A stretch of 64,000 bases of DNA from Orbicella franksi (taxonomy: Eukaryota): positions 6,634,001 through 6,698,000 of the forward strand of contig OZ116698.1 in NCBI GenBank assembly GCA_964199315.1, in the 5' to 3' direction. Positions 1-15,300 of this stretch are shown one piece after another (position 1 is the stretch's first letter; the number at the start of each line of letters is the position of its first letter). The notes beneath the pieces are model-generated. The model saw nothing but the letters and a program-made list of their open reading frames with translations, was not told the origin of the DNA and ran no database searches. Both the position numbers and the translations under genes were made by a program.

Positions 1-145
1 ACTGCCAAGGTTGTTATTAAATTAGTGCTGAAAAAACCCCATCGACTATTAAATTATAACAATGTTTCCCAGAGTATTTCATCCCTCAAAAGACTTATTT
101 AGTAAAGCAAAAAAGAGAAGAAAGATACTTTTGCTTGAAACCTAC

Positions 146-319
146 CCACACATATGGTTGTACGTCCACTCCATGTTCCATCAGGTTGGCAGGTCCTGAT
201 GGAGGATCCATTGAGAATGAACCCAGGATCGCAGGTAAAGTGCATACTGTTCGGAAACACAGTCAAGTCGCCAGAAGAGGAACCGTTCATGGGTACAGTC
301 AAAGGACCACAGTCGACAG
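146..319 (-). CDS. Gene A CCP/Sushi exon 56 (last in window)
   Basis: 174 nt; [21 protein letters not shown]; phase-1 donor G|GTAGG, so the gene continues past position 1. Confidence 0.9.
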
Positions 320-3300
320 CTAAAAATGTGTTTAATCAAATAAGTTCAATTAGGATCGGAGCTGAACGTGTCTGCACCCTCTGCAAGTGTGATATATCCG
401 GGAACTGGTACACCTTATGAATGCAACTAATAACAACAAACATATTAGGCTCCACATGCTTGAAGACAAAATGTCCCTTAACGCTGGAAATCTACTTCCC
501 ACTGGATAGGATGCTGGTCCATCGCAGGGTTACTTTGAGCATGGACCCCTTTACAACATCTGACATTGTCACAGACACTGCCTACAATAATATTACGGTT
601 ACTTACAATGCTAATACATCTACTCCATTACACTACTTACAATACTAATGTACAGTTACTTACACTGATTATAATACTTGTTGCTACAGCACAAATACTT
701 AGACCCCTTAGAGTTTAAATTAACACAACTCAATGACCTGGCCAGGATCAAGTCCAGACCGGTTAATCCGGAATACTGTGTGCTAACGATTAGTCCACCG
801 AGCCTCGAACTTGTCAGGTACACTCCAAAGAGTCTACGACCAGAGTATTTTAATCTCGGGGGTATACCACTAAGAAAGACCGCTAAAATTTGGGTTTTTA
901 GCTCTGTATTCATGTTTTCCTTTTTGAGAATTACTTCGACTGCAAAAATCTCGGAAGCAAACATCTAAAATCTACAACCTTCACAATATGTCTGATTTCC
1001 ACTCCATGTTCCATTTGCCTGACATCGCCTGCTACCAGATCCTCTGAGGATAAATCCTTCATCACAATTAAAGTCGATCTTGTTTGGAAAGACTGTCAGA
1101 TCACCAGTAGAAGAACCATTTGTTGGGACTGTCAGGGGACCACAATCTCGCGCTGGATACAAAGTTATATAGATTTTCTTATAAAAATATTGTACGGCAA
1201 TTCGTAGTCGTTTTGTTACACGCCTATGTTGGTAACTACAGGACTAAAATAAAGCTAATATTTTTACGCCGATGGGGTTCTATGTGTAGAAAAAGTTATA
1301 TAAATTACATAAAAACGTCATGTATGGAGCGAAACTAGTCTTTTCTCTTTGTGAAGAAATTAACAAAAGGTGTGGTTACACAAGCGAGCGGAATATGTGT
1401 CTGTTATTTTAAACCTACCAACACACATGGTTGTAAGCCCATTCCACGTCCCATTGGGCTGGCAAGTCCTTTTGGATGATCCAGTGAGAAGGAAACCAGA
1501 ATCGCATTTAAATAGCACACTGTTAGGGAACACTGTGGAGTCACCGAAAGCCGAACCGTTCATAGGAACAGATAAAGGACCACAATCGACAGCTGGAAGT
1601 TTAAAACCAAAACGGAGATTAGAAAGAAATCGCGAATGATAAGTGAACTATTCCTACCGACTTTTAGTTGACGGCGTTTTAAGATCATCTCTCATCCAAA
1701 GACCTTATTATTCCTAAGGTGACTTTGACCTCATCAGTCAAAGTCTAAATCATAGATCGAGACGTAGAAGGGGGATTATATCACACCCATCTACCAATGC
1801 AAACTAAAAGGTCTTTGTTTAAGGTTGAGAATAAAAGAGGGAAGCCACCAGCTCCCAAGTTCTCAGGAATTCTCTCCTTCCAGAGTGAATTCGCTAGCTA
1901 GTAAATAATAAATCTAGAGCGTAATATAGCCATTAATTGCCATAATAAAATGGAAGGAAACTACGCTGCTCTAGCACTTGTTCATTTTCCACTCAGTTTC
2001 TATTTCGTTTCGTTTATTTTACGGAGTGCGAGAGTAAAATGTCAGATTGTTATGGTCTCTGAATTTATTAAGTAACCATTCATAAGAGCAGGTTCACCTT
2101 CACAAGAGGTCTGAATACCATTCCAAGACCCATCGGATAGACAACGCCTGACTGATGACCCATTCAAAATAAATCCTTCATCGCAGCTAAAGGTAACTTC
2201 GTTCGGGAAGGTCGTTTCACTCCCAGTCAAGGAACCGTTTAGTGGAATAGACAGTATACCGCAATCTTTAGCTGTAGAAAAAAAATCGCAATTAGCTGTG
2301 ACAAATTAAGATAGTTCTGCTGCACTTTTTTTTGTATTCAGATCACTAAGGAGCTGAAAGTTTTCAGTAGAAATATAGTTTGTGCCAATTTCACCCAGAT
2401 CATCTAAACATTTACGAAAAAAATTATTGGCTTCAACATACTCTACTCTCAAGAGGACATTAATCTCTAACTATCCGCGTTATGATTTTAATCTAATAAC
2501 CTGTTCATAATTAAAAGTTCTCTCAAAGTGTCCCTCATAAATAATTCTACCTTCACAAAAACTTGAAGTTCTGCTCCATGTTCCATTTGCCTGGCATTTA
2601 ATTTTAGGGGAACCACGAAGGATGAATCCTTCATCACACTGATGAGTAACAAAATTTGGGTACACGGTATTTTCTCCAATGATACTTCCATTCTGTAACG
2701 GGTGGGGCTGACCACAGTCGACAGCTGAAAGAAATATGATGCAAAACAAGCGACAAAGCATATAAAATCACAAACACCTCACAAATCAGTGCCATTGTAT
2801 ATAAAGGGATCAAATTCTACCTAGTAAGGATGGATGCATTATGTAAAAATTACCGTTCAATTGCCAGAAATGTAAAAAATAAATGATAGCATTTAATTAA
2901 TCGTTCGTCCGCCTTCCCGTTCGAACTGATTCTGAGGAAATAAGTATATTTAGTACGTGTCAAAAATGATGAGATCGACAAGAAAAAATGAACTATGAAC
3001 GCGCACACGCAAAACCGGAGACATTACAGAATGTGTATCGATATGAAGCTAGCTGCGGGGGAATACATGTACTTACCATAGATGTACAATACTCCTCGGG
3101 AACACGTAAGCGCAGTCAAAGAAGTTGTGCTAAGGACAAGATTTATTTGAGACAGTAGGAACGTCTTTTATAAAATAAAGTGACATTTGGCGTTAAGTAC
3201 CAATGACGAACACAAACATCTAAACATGAAGTTCTTTTGTGTTTGAATGCGTTTCCACAGCAAAAACCTACCACTACATACGGCTTGAATTCCGCTCCAT

Positions 3301-6300
3301 GTTCCATTGCCTCGACACGTCCTCGTTTTGGAACCATTTAGAATGAATCCAGGATCACAGCTGAATACCACATTATTGGGGAACACCGTGGAGTCACCAG
3401 AAGAGGAGCCATTCATGGGAACAGATAAAGGACCACAGTCAACAGCTGGGCAATCAAATAAATTTACAAAAAATATCTTGTAGTCAGTAGAACGGAATAA
3501 AGTTTGTAGTTAGTATGAGAGTTGATATGTCTGCGGCTAGGACCTGATATGTAAAGGCCAAACGAGAGGCTAGCGTTAAATATTGTACGAAGCAGCACTC
3601 GTTTTATGGTCTACATATATAGAAGTTCGTTCACGAAACAAGTGCTCAGAAAACGGACATAACAACACGTACCTCTTTTCTTATGCAGATTGCTACTTTA
3701 AAAATAACCAACTTCATTTGCATGGATAGACCCTGGATAAGACTTAAATCCGAAAAGTATCGTATGTAACCCACATGCCTTTTTATTTTCTTCAAGTTTT
3801 TGCTTCAAACATACCCCTACATAGGGTTGGCAGTCCACTCCACGTTCCATTAGGTTGACACGTTCTCATGGCGGATCCACTGAGAATGAATCCATGGTCA
3901 CAGTTAAACACAACATTATTGGGGAACACCGTGGAGTCACCAGAAGAGGAGCCATTAATAGGAACAGGTAAAGGACCACAGTCGACAGCTACAAACATAT
4001 TCATAAAAAGAAAAGACTTAGAAGAATAGTATTTTTCTATTTATCTGGTTAACTATTTACAAGCGCCTGTCATATATCGCAACAGATATGGCCGACAGAT
4101 ATCTCGAAGCAACCATGAACCGAAGTCGCACTTTTTTTATCTGCGAATGAAAATAAATTTCTTCACTTCTGCGCTTTGCAAGCGAACAAAATCCAACTGC
4201 ATGTCAGTGTATAAAATGGAAACATCGTGAACCTTTGCAAAATGTCTGATTTCCACTCCAGTTCCCATTTGCTTGACAATGCCTGACTTCAAATCCCCTC
4301 AGAAGAAATCCTTCATCACAACTAAAGAGCATCCTGTTTGGAAAGACTGTCAGATCACCAGTAGAGGAGCCATTTGTTGGGACTGCCAGGGGACCACAAT
4401 CTTTCGCTGAACAGAAATTAAAACAATGTGGGTTAAAAGTGAAATGGTGTCTTGCCGGATAGTGAAAATATGTCGACAAAAAAAAAAAAACATGTTGTTC
4501 CCGTGAAGGATAATCAATTCCGTAAAACGCGGGACGACGGCAAATTCAATCTAACGAGAAACGCCTATATTGCAAGGTTCTACGAGACCTCTGGCCTTTT
4601 GCCAACAACATACCAACACATCTGACCGCCAAGCCACTCCAAGTTCCATTTGCCTGGCAAATCCTCGTTGATGATCCATTGAAGTGAAATCCAGGATCGC
4701 ATTTAAATAGCATACTATTTGGGAAAACCGTGGAGTCACCATACGATGAGCCATTTATGGGAACTGACAAAGGGCCACAATCGACAGCTACAAGAGAATA
4801 AATAGAAACGGTATGGTACATTTAAACAAGACAGTATGAAACAAGAAACAAAAAATTGTAATTTCTGTTATGGAAATTTCGCATTTCTTGAGGTCATGTT
4901 GCGTTCAAATGTGGCGCGGTTGCTATCGTGGAAGAAAAGGGAAACAACCAATTCTTTTTTTTTATAATGCAGGCGGGAAGTTTGGAGAGCACGACAGAAG
5001 CGAAAGACGCGGCAGCCGAGATCAACTCTAGCTTATCGAGTGCTCTCCAAGCTTCCCGCGTGCATCATTACTCGAGGATGTAGAGCTTAAGAATGAATCA
5101 ATTGTTTTTTAACACTGCCACTGGAAAAAAATTTCTCTAGCGAAGCGATGTTTGCTTTGCTCTCGTCACAAGCGTGCCTCGTTGGCTTTTGATGCACGCT
5201 TTCGTTATTTATATAGCGCTTTATGCTTTACTATTTTTGTATACCGAGCTTGATAGTGCGGCTGTGCTGGCTATGTTATCTCACCATGACACGATGTACG
5301 AATACCACTCCATGTGCCATCCGATTGACAACGTCTCACAGTCGATCCGTTCAAAATGAATCCCTCGTCGCAACTAAAAATAGCTTCATTAGGGAAGGTT
5401 GTTTCACGTCCATTAATAGAACCGTTCACAGGCACGGCAAGGGTACCGCAATCTTTGGCTGCAAGAAAGCCAAGAGCGTATCTGTTATCTTTATGTTCAA
5501 TAGTGTTAACCAGATGCAAAAATGCTAAATTCGTTTGATTCAAATGGAAAGAACGTACCCATCATCTTTAGAAACTCTCAGATATACAAAAGCTTTTCGA
5601 ATATTGCCATATTACTTCGCTACAGACTTATTGTGACTACACCCTACTATAAATCTTTTTCCTGAACGAGCGGCCTACAACGTAAGTCAGTTTCCATCTG
5701 ACATACTTTTCTACGTCTTTTTTGTTGCTTTAGTATTATGTACAAATTAAATAGGAATTAACTGTCATATGTAATTGTCATATGTATACCTTCACAAAAG
5801 CTGGTGGTCGTACTCCATGTTCCATTTGTCTGGCATTTTATCTTTGAGGGACCACGCAGGACGAATCCGTCATCACATCTGTGATACACAAAGTTTGGAT
5901 ACTCTGTTTGTTCCCCGATGATACTTCCATTCTGTAATGGCTTGGGCTTACCACAGTCAATAGCTAAATAGGAATGGCGCGCAGAAAACATACAGAGTGA
6001 AATGTTACGCAAGTTTTATTATATTCAACTACGATAAAACTAAACTTAACAGAGTGTATTTCAAATATTTACGTTGGATGGTGATCGCCCGTCCGTCCGC
6101 CTCAAGGCGCTTTCGCAAAGACAAATACTACAAAAATGGCTGCACTTACTCAGTGAACTAATATGTGCACGTCAGGCAAAATAAGCGATAACAAATTAGA
6201 TTCAGTGAAAGAAAACAAAGTCTATTGGAATAAAACGAAACAGCGGCGCACATGTATTTTGCGGTATAGCACTGGCCTTAGGTGTTCAGCTACCAGAAGC

Positions 6301-9300
6301 AAACGTATTACAAACCCGGTTACGCGATAACAATATGTGAAGAACAGCAGCAAATCAGAGGTAGCAATTCGACAGCTACGATGATCACCTATCGGATGTG
6401 ACATTAAGAAGAGCGTGCAGCAAAACGAAAGTTGCTGTAGCTTTCGTGATTGAAGTGTTCAAGTATGACGCCTGGCGATTGAGTGCATTTTCACCCATGT
6501 TTGCTTTTAACATACCAGTACATAACGTTTGAAATCCACTCCATGTTCCGTTAGCCTGGCACGTCCTTATTACTGATCCATGAAGAATGAATCCGGGGTC
6601 ACAGTTAAATTGCACACTATTTGGGAACACTGTAATGTTACCAGAAGAGGAGCCGTTCATAGGAACAGATAAAGGACCGCAATCGACAGCTAGAAAAAAG
6701 TGGTTAAAATCAGGACGAACTGGATTTGATTGGTGCAAGATTGTGTTCGGTGATTACCGTAATTCACCGAGCCCATGATTGATCTGACGGCATCCGAATA
6801 CAATGAAATGATTATAATTATAAAATCAAACCCACATTTCCAACAATTATACAAGGCACTTCATGACTGTTAACATGTACATTAAATCGTTTCACATATA
6901 CTGCAAAGGAAAAAAAGTTTTCACTTTTCTTTCATCTCAAAAGAATAAAAATGTAGAAAAACAAAACTTTTTCTGGAGAAAGCTGATAGCTATTCGTTTT
7001 TACTATTGTTACTATCTTTATTTTTTGCCTGAGACATACCACTACACAAGGTTGGAAAACCGCTCCATGTTCCATTAGGCTGGCACGTTCTTATGGTGGA
7101 TCCATTGAGAATGAATCCAGGATCACATTTAAATAGCACATTATTGGGGAACACTGTTGAGTCACCAGAAGAAGAACCGTTTATGGGAACGGACAAAGGA
7201 CCACAGTCGACAGCTAGAAATAAGTTTTCAAGAAACGAAGAAGTTCATAATTGTGAAGTTCTACATCTCTCTACTGGTATAATTCGATTTAGTAATAAGT
7301 GCAAATACTATCTCCCATCTAAACCGATTTCAATCTTGAACCATCCTAGGTTCATAGAGATATATACTGAAGAGATCAACTGACCTGCAGCGAAAGAGAA
7401 GTATAAAAGCGACATTAAATTACCTTGGCAAAATGTCTCAGTCCCACTCCAAGTTCCATTTTCTCGACAATGCCGGATATGAGAACCTCTCAGATGAAAT
7501 CCCTCATCGCAATGAAAGAGTATCTTGTTTGGAAAGGTTGTAAGTTTACCCGTAGAGGAACCATTGGTGGGGACTGCCAAGGAGCCACAATCTTTTGCTG
7601 GATAAAGATGAAGATACTAATGTTAATAGTAAAACATTGTTGTAGCACAAAAAGTGATATAATGCATCCTGTCTTTAATGGTATTATTCGTGTAGGTTTC
7701 GCAGTTGTTTACAGTACCAGTACGACGCATGGTTAAATTTGCGTTTTTTGGCAATTGTTATGTTACCAGTGCAGCAGGCAAACCTTAGTCTCTATGAAGA
7801 AACTGAAACCACGTTTGTGAAGGAAGGTATATTTGAAGCCTACCGGTACACATAGTTGCAAACCCACTCCATGTTCCATTAGGCTGACACGTTCTCTTGG
7901 ACGATCCACTCAGAATAAACCCAGGATCGCAGTTGAACAGCATACTGTTGGGAAACGCTGTGTTGTTACCAGAGGCCGAGCCGTTTGCAGGAACAGACAA
8001 AGGACCACAGTCGACAGCTGGATAAAAACATTCAGTAAGTACTTGGACAAGGGCTGAATACAGCTACCATACTCTGTGAGTCACTCTAAGAACAGTTTGT
8101 AAAATAGGGCAACATATTTTCGAGAATTCCCATTAACAGTAGCGTTGTTGCATGTGGGATCCGTTCTTTGGAGTAACTGCCTGTTGTTCTCAATATTTTC
8201 TTCGTGTAAGAGTTACTAAGGGATATAGCACAGATAGCCATTTTCTCTTTTTTTGAACTTTTATGAGTTTGAACTTTTGTTTTTACTAAGAAAACGAATT
8301 GTGCTGAAAAGTGTTAGGGCCTGCAGAAATAACCTAAGAAGCAAGTGGGTTATTAGAGTTTGGATAAGATTCCATCTTCCCTGATATGGAAAGCGATCTT
8401 ACCTTTACACGAGGTCTCAATACCACTCCAAGACCCATCGGCTTGACATCGCCTGACTGTAGACCCATTTAAAAGGAAACCCTCATCGCAGCTGAATGTC
8501 CCTGTATTTGGGAAGGTTGTCTTCCGTCCAGCGATGGAACCGTTCAGAGGTACAGCAAGAGCACCACAATCCTTAGCTGTAGAAAATGTAATGACGTTAA
8601 AGCTCAATATCGACAACAGAATTGTCTAAACTTCCTATGCAGTAGACTGCTAAGACGAAAAAAGGAGGTTTAGATAACATTAGAATAATTACCACTGTCG
8701 TGCCAGGTTTGCACATTCTTGCCGATTAAACTTGTGATATAATCAACATTAATAGATAACTAGCTGTAGATGCGATAGGCATGTCTTGTGGCACGGCTAA
8801 GAAGAGGGTTGAGAACAGATTGAGCTGGGGAACTACAGTAGAAGCCTTATGTCCTCCTGGGGACGAAGAGGGATAAATAAAAGAAAATTAACGAATATTA
8901 ACCTTCACAAAAGCTTAAAGTCTTGCTCCAAGTTCCATTTGCTTGGCATTTTATCTTTGAAGGGCCACGAAGGACGAATCCGTCATCGCAACTATATTTT
9001 ACAAAATTTGGATAAACTGTCTCTTTTCCTATGACACTTCCATTTTGTATAGGTTGAGGACGACCACAGTCAACAGCTGAAAAGCAATATCGTTAAAAAA
9101 GACACATAACAAGTGGAAAGAACAATGGCAGTTTTCATGGCTACCTTCAACCACTCTCGACAGAAGAATATAGACACCAAATTTAAGACGTAATGGACCT
9201 GAAATGATGAAGTGATGTACTCGTCGTCCGTCCGCCCATTCGATTATTGAGCCCTGAAAGTACCACGGAAGAATGAATACTTTTCGAATGCTAAAGTATG

Positions 9301-12300
9301 CGAGGAACACATGAGTTGATGAAGAACTTCAACGGTAGAAGACATGACATTGATTCAGCGAGATTGTAACGTAACGGTCGCATTAACTGCTCTGGCATTA
9401 GCGGTTACGAAGAATAAGAGTTGAAAATGGATATCGAATGGAGATGACTGAATCGAAGTTGTTCAACTGAAAGACATTTATCTCCCACGCTGCGAGTTAT
9501 ATACGTAAAGGAGCGGTTTCACTGAACTAATAAGAAACCTGGCATAACAGCAGCATGTTCAATTTAAGTAACAAGAAACCCAGACCCATTTGAATGTTTG
9601 GTGAAGCTTTCTTCAGACCTACCACTGCACACGGTTAGAAAACCACTCCATGTTCCATTAGGTTGGCATGTTCTTATGGTGGATCCATTGAGAATGAATC
9701 CAGGATCACAATTAAATAGCACCCTACTGGGGAACACCGTGGAGTTACCAGAGAAGGAGCCGTTCATGGGAGCAGATAAAGGACCACAGTCGACAGCTAG
9801 GAAAAAAGTAAATTCAACGGAATAAATTACCATATTCTTAAACATATAAAAATATTTCCAATGATCACGTTTTCGTCATTGATGGAAGATAAGTATTTTG
9901 AAGGAACTCAGATTTCATACTTATGCTGCTTCAATTAATGATCAGTTTTTATTAGAAACTCCACAGAAAGTAAGACGATTACGTTAAAAGCACATGATAA
10001 CGTAAAATCGACTGCTGAAGGATGAAGGTTTGCATTACCGAGTTAAAAACTGAAGTCAAATATTTCTGACAAAAAAAATAAATGTACTAATGGTAATAGT
10101 TTTTGACGACAAATAACAACAACGAGAAATTTTACAAAAAAACTTTCAAGTGATCGTTTTGAATGAAACGAAAACTTTAAAAAAACCAACCTTCACAGAA
10201 TGTCTGATTTCCACTCCATGTTCCGTTAGCCTGACAATTTCTTACATTAGACCCCCTGAGAAGAAACCCTTCATCACAGCCAAATACTTTCTTGTTTGGA
10301 AATACGGTCAGATCTCCATTAGAAGACCCGTTTGCTGGGACTGCCAGGGAACCACAATCTTGTGCTGCATAAAGTAACATCGATGTTTTTTCAAATTATA
10401 AACAACACTTCTTTCTAAGTAAAGGATCCAATCTCACAATAGTGAAAAATAATAACAACAACAACAACAGCAACAACAACAGCAACAACAACAATTTTTT
10501 TTGTGTTCTTTAGATTTGCATACAGCTGAATAACAAAATAAGTGTCACAATCAAAAATTAAAGGAAGGAAGGTTAATCAAACCTTGGCATTTTGTTTCAT
10601 TGCCACTCCATGTACCATTTGTTTGACATTTCCTTAGCCAGGAGCCACTCAAGATGAAACCTTCATCACAACTGAACTTCAAGGAATTCGGGTATGTAGT
10701 TTCTTTACCAACCATGGAACCATTTCGAGGAGCAAGTAGCTTTCCACAATCAATAGCTTTAACAAGAATATCATACTCAGTGAGTAACATGTATTCATTT
10801 TTTTCTGAGCATTGGACTTCAGTGAAATCCATGACCTTTGGCATGCGTTTGGACGCTCTAACTTGCCAACAATAGGGAGACTAGACTAGAGACAAGCTAG
10901 GCCATTTACTGTTAGGATCAGTAATTAATTCATATTAATAAAAATATGGGATAAAGTTAAGATCGGTTACACTGTTGCACCATTACTGATTAACCACTTC
11001 AAAAACGACAACTTAAAAGACAGTCTTACCTTCACAAAACGTTTCGGAGCCATCCCAGGTTCCGTTAGATCGGCACGTTCTAATCGAGGAGCCATAAATA
11101 ACAAATCCTGGATCGCACCACAATCGAACAGTGTTAGGGTACACCGTCAGATTACCAGACAATGACCCATTTAAGGGTGACTGAAGACGACCACAGTCTA
11201 CGGCTAAAATAATATCCAAGGCAAGATAAAAGATATAAGAACTTTAATTTGCAATCTGCTTTGAACAACTCATTCAGCGCAGCTGGGATGTGACAACTAA
11301 CGTAGTCCTACCTATTCTGGGCGATACGAGTGGAATTTGTTTGCACGAGTGTAACTCTAGTTTTACTCTCACCTTTGCAAGTAGTCCCATTTCCAGTCCA
11401 TAGTCCATTAGCCTGGCATTGCCTAGTTTCAGACCCCTTTAAAATGAATCCTTCATCGCACTGAAACAATACTTTATTCGGAAAAACAGATAGATTTCCA
11501 ATAGCAGAACCATTGACAGGGGCACGCAGGAGACCACAATCTTTTGCTGGAAAAAATCGAAAGCAATCAAACGAAAGGTTATCTTCGTAATGAAGCAACA
11601 CTCATGCACTCAATCTTCTTCCTGCTCCTGGGCGCATAAAACCTTATAATGTTGCTATTTAGAAACCTCATGGCTACTTGAGGCTCCCTTCTCAGACAAT
11701 GGTGATGTTCTCTACAACTAGAGCTATGAAGGCTTGTTGGTATGGTCTCGTGGTGTTCATAATGACACTTGACTCAGCTTAGCTTAAAAACGACAGTGCA
11801 AAAGTTAATCACTCCGCTCATTGGGAAAAGATTATGCAAAGCCGCCATAAATGAGATGTTACCGACATCAAGTTAAGAGTTCTTTATAACGTAAGAAGGA
11901 CAGCAATATAAATGTTTACCCAATAATTATATTGTTTAAGTCATCACTTTTAAAACGAATTCATTAGGTTTCTACGTCGATATAGAAAGCATGCGGCTTA
12001 GAAACAATTCATAAAGAAACGAATTGACAACGGCAAAACCTTGAGCTGTTGTTCTGCTTAAAGAACAATGAAAATGTACCTTCACAAAATGTGTCATAGC
12101 CACTCCACTGTTTGTTAGGTTGGCACCGTCTCTCTGCGGATCCTCTCAGAGTAAAACCATCGTCGCATCGAAAGATTACTTTGTTGGGGTATGTTGTTAA
12201 GTTCCCAGATAGTGTGCCATTCAGTGGGACTGATAAAGTGCCGCAGTCGTTTGCTAAATCAGAAATAAAGTAGAAAGCACAGATTGGAAGATTATAAAAT

Positions 12301-15300
12301 AGAGATACTAACTGTTTTGATAAAAATTGAGTACAGAAAATGCTTTACTTAACAAACAAATGGACTGCTTTTGCCCTTCTGTTGCTCAAACAATTATATT
12401 AAGTTTTTGTTAAACAAGAGTTCTGGGGTGCTTATCATTTACAAAAACCATCCGGTTGGAAATTTCACGCATAAGTATTAAACAATTAAATGCGACTTAT
12501 ATCCACATCAGCTAGAGAGACCTAAAAGAGCAGAAAAATAGCATCATCTCAAATCACAGCCCATATTTTCTTAAGCTTCCCAAACGGAAAGTCGCGAACC
12601 ATTTGATTTTCTAACTGGAATTTCCGGTTTTCCCATGTAAATGGTAAGTACCCCTGGTTAACGCTCTTTTCACCTTGACAGAGGGCGTTGGTTCCATTCC
12701 ACGTTCCATTCGCCTGACACTTTCTATCGCTGGATCCAAACAGTGAAAACCCCACATCGCAGGTAAATCGCAGCATGTGGGGATATGTGGTATTTCTACC
12801 GAAGACGCTTCCGTTTTGCGGCGCTTGCAGCTTCCCGCAGTCGATAGCTGGGAGAAACAACAGAACGGTTAACTCTGACTTATTTTTGTGCAGTTTTTGT
12901 CTGTATACCGTCCGTCTGCCTGTCATTCTGCAAATCATTACGAGTCAGCAGATAATATGGATGACTTGGAAAAAATGCCACAATTTAGTATTTTGGAAGG
13001 TCGATAACCAAGATTATTTGCGCAAGAATTTTTGCTGCAGAGTGAGATCAGTACCACAAGGTTCTTTTTCATCTCACCATATGACTAACATTTTACGTTT
13101 TTCGCCTTACTTTGAAAGACAAGGCCTACCAATAGAGGGTCAACGTTAAAGTGGTCCTTTGGGTGCGCCTCTGATATATCTCTGTCATGTGATCACCCAA
13201 AAATTCGATTTCAAAGATCGAAAATCTCATCTGTAGAAACGTGTTTGAACAAGGTTGTGTCACTTTGTTGTTAGAGGAGATGACGTCTGCATGATCATTA
13301 AGCCAGCTTTGCAAATAAAACAATGCAATGTTTTGCGAACAACAAGGACGCGTACAAACAATGAGTACCTGAATTTCCCAAAACAAAGTGCCATGGTTTT
13401 GAATGCACAGGAAACGAACAACTTACAGAAGCTATGAATCTTCCTGAATGTAACATCTTACCGCTGCACAAGGTCGTCAATCCACTCCATGTGCCATTTG
13501 CCTGGCACGTACGGATTGACGAACCACTGAGAATAAATCCTGGATCACATTGAAACTGTATGCTCTTAGGAAATACCGTCGAGGTGCCCGATAAAGAACC
13601 ACTCTTGGGAATGACCAACGGACCACAATTAACAGCTGCAAAAGAAAAGGTAAACATTATTAGGTAGAAGATAAACAGCAAGTGGGTTAGCGACAATTTT
13701 GAATACTGTTTTTTTCGTTGTCAAAATCTATGGAAATTTAAAATTACAGAATAGAAGCAGCGTTGTTTGGTCAGTGGATTTGCTGTAAAGAGCCATTATG
13801 CAGTTGATAGCAAGTTTTATTACGCTATCGTGAGATTTCAAGCAGGGCTATTTCAGAGGGATGTTCAATTTGTACAAAGTTGCCTACTTACCATCACAAT
13901 AAGTGACTTCGCCAGTCCATGTCTTATTAGCTTGACAATGCCTGACCTTGGATCCTTTTAGAATAAACCCTTCATCGCAACTAAAGGTGACAAAGTTAGG
14001 AAAGGTTGTCTTATTCCCGAGCAAGGATCCGTTTTGAGGAATGTGAAGCTTTCCACAGTCGTTAGCTGAAACACAAAAAGCCCATAGGTCATTACTGCAA
14101 ACCTCCGCAAGTAACATTGCTCTCATACTAACGCTCAGTCAATACCACTTCAACAGTGCACTATGTGGTTAAATGGATGAAATTACCACGCACCTCAAAT
14201 ATTTGGAATAACAACGAACAATGTTGGTACCTTGGCAAACAGGATCAACACCACTCCATGTTCCATTTGTTCGGCATTTTCTCGCAGTTGAGCCAAGGAG
14301 TGTGAATCCTTCGTCACATTTGAACCTTAAAATGTTGGGATAAGTTGTCCGTTCACCGTGCACCGTTCCGTTTCTTGGTGAAGGAGGATGTCCACAATCA
14401 ATAGCTGAAAATAATTGTTTTGACAGATTGTTTAAAAGGTATTATAGACTATTTTCTAAGAACTCCTACTGAATATGAAATTTGGTGCCAACCTGTACAC
14501 GTGGTATTGTATCCACTCCAATTTCCATTGGCTTGACAGGTTCTCTTGGACGACCCTCCCAAAAGAAATCCAGGGTCACATGTGAAGCGCTTTGTGTTTG
14601 GAAACACTGTCAGATCACCAGATGATGACCCATTTAATGGCACACCCAAGAACCCACAGTCAATCGCTTTAAGAAAAGAACAACAAATGTCAGAAGTTTA
14701 ATGTTCTTGATTGGAGAAAATGTACTTGAAATGTATTTTTGTAACGTATATCTTCATAGGGATTCACGCTTTCTCTCACCTTTGCAAGAAGTGTCAAGTC
14801 CACTCCAGGTTCTGTTTGCCTGGCACTGTCTAATCACTGAGCCAATCAGAACAAAACCTTTGTCACAGCTGAAGATCATCTTGTTTGGATAGGTTGTCTC
14901 ATTTCCAAAGGAAGAACCGTTCTTGGGTACCACCAAGGGACCACAGTCATTAGCTAATTATAGGATGACAGAAAATAATATAACCTTTTTCAACCAACAA
15001 TGCATAGTCTGATCTTAGTTTGTAGACCACAGACAATGTTGAGTCTAAAACGATAACCACAGATTCACGAATAACCACAGGTTCTTTCAACCTGACAAGA
15101 TCACTTAACCCTTATTCAGAGAGTTTTCAAAGGGTAACTGCACTTGTACAGAATGCATTTTTTGTAAATATTGTTCCTTCCCCATCACCAGCTTAAACGT
15201 AAACCGTTTTTATACGTTTTTATATACATTCGTTTTGTATGTGCAATAAATGTAGTGAGTGGCGTTTGTCCTTTAAATTGTCCAAGCAATATTCACGTTA

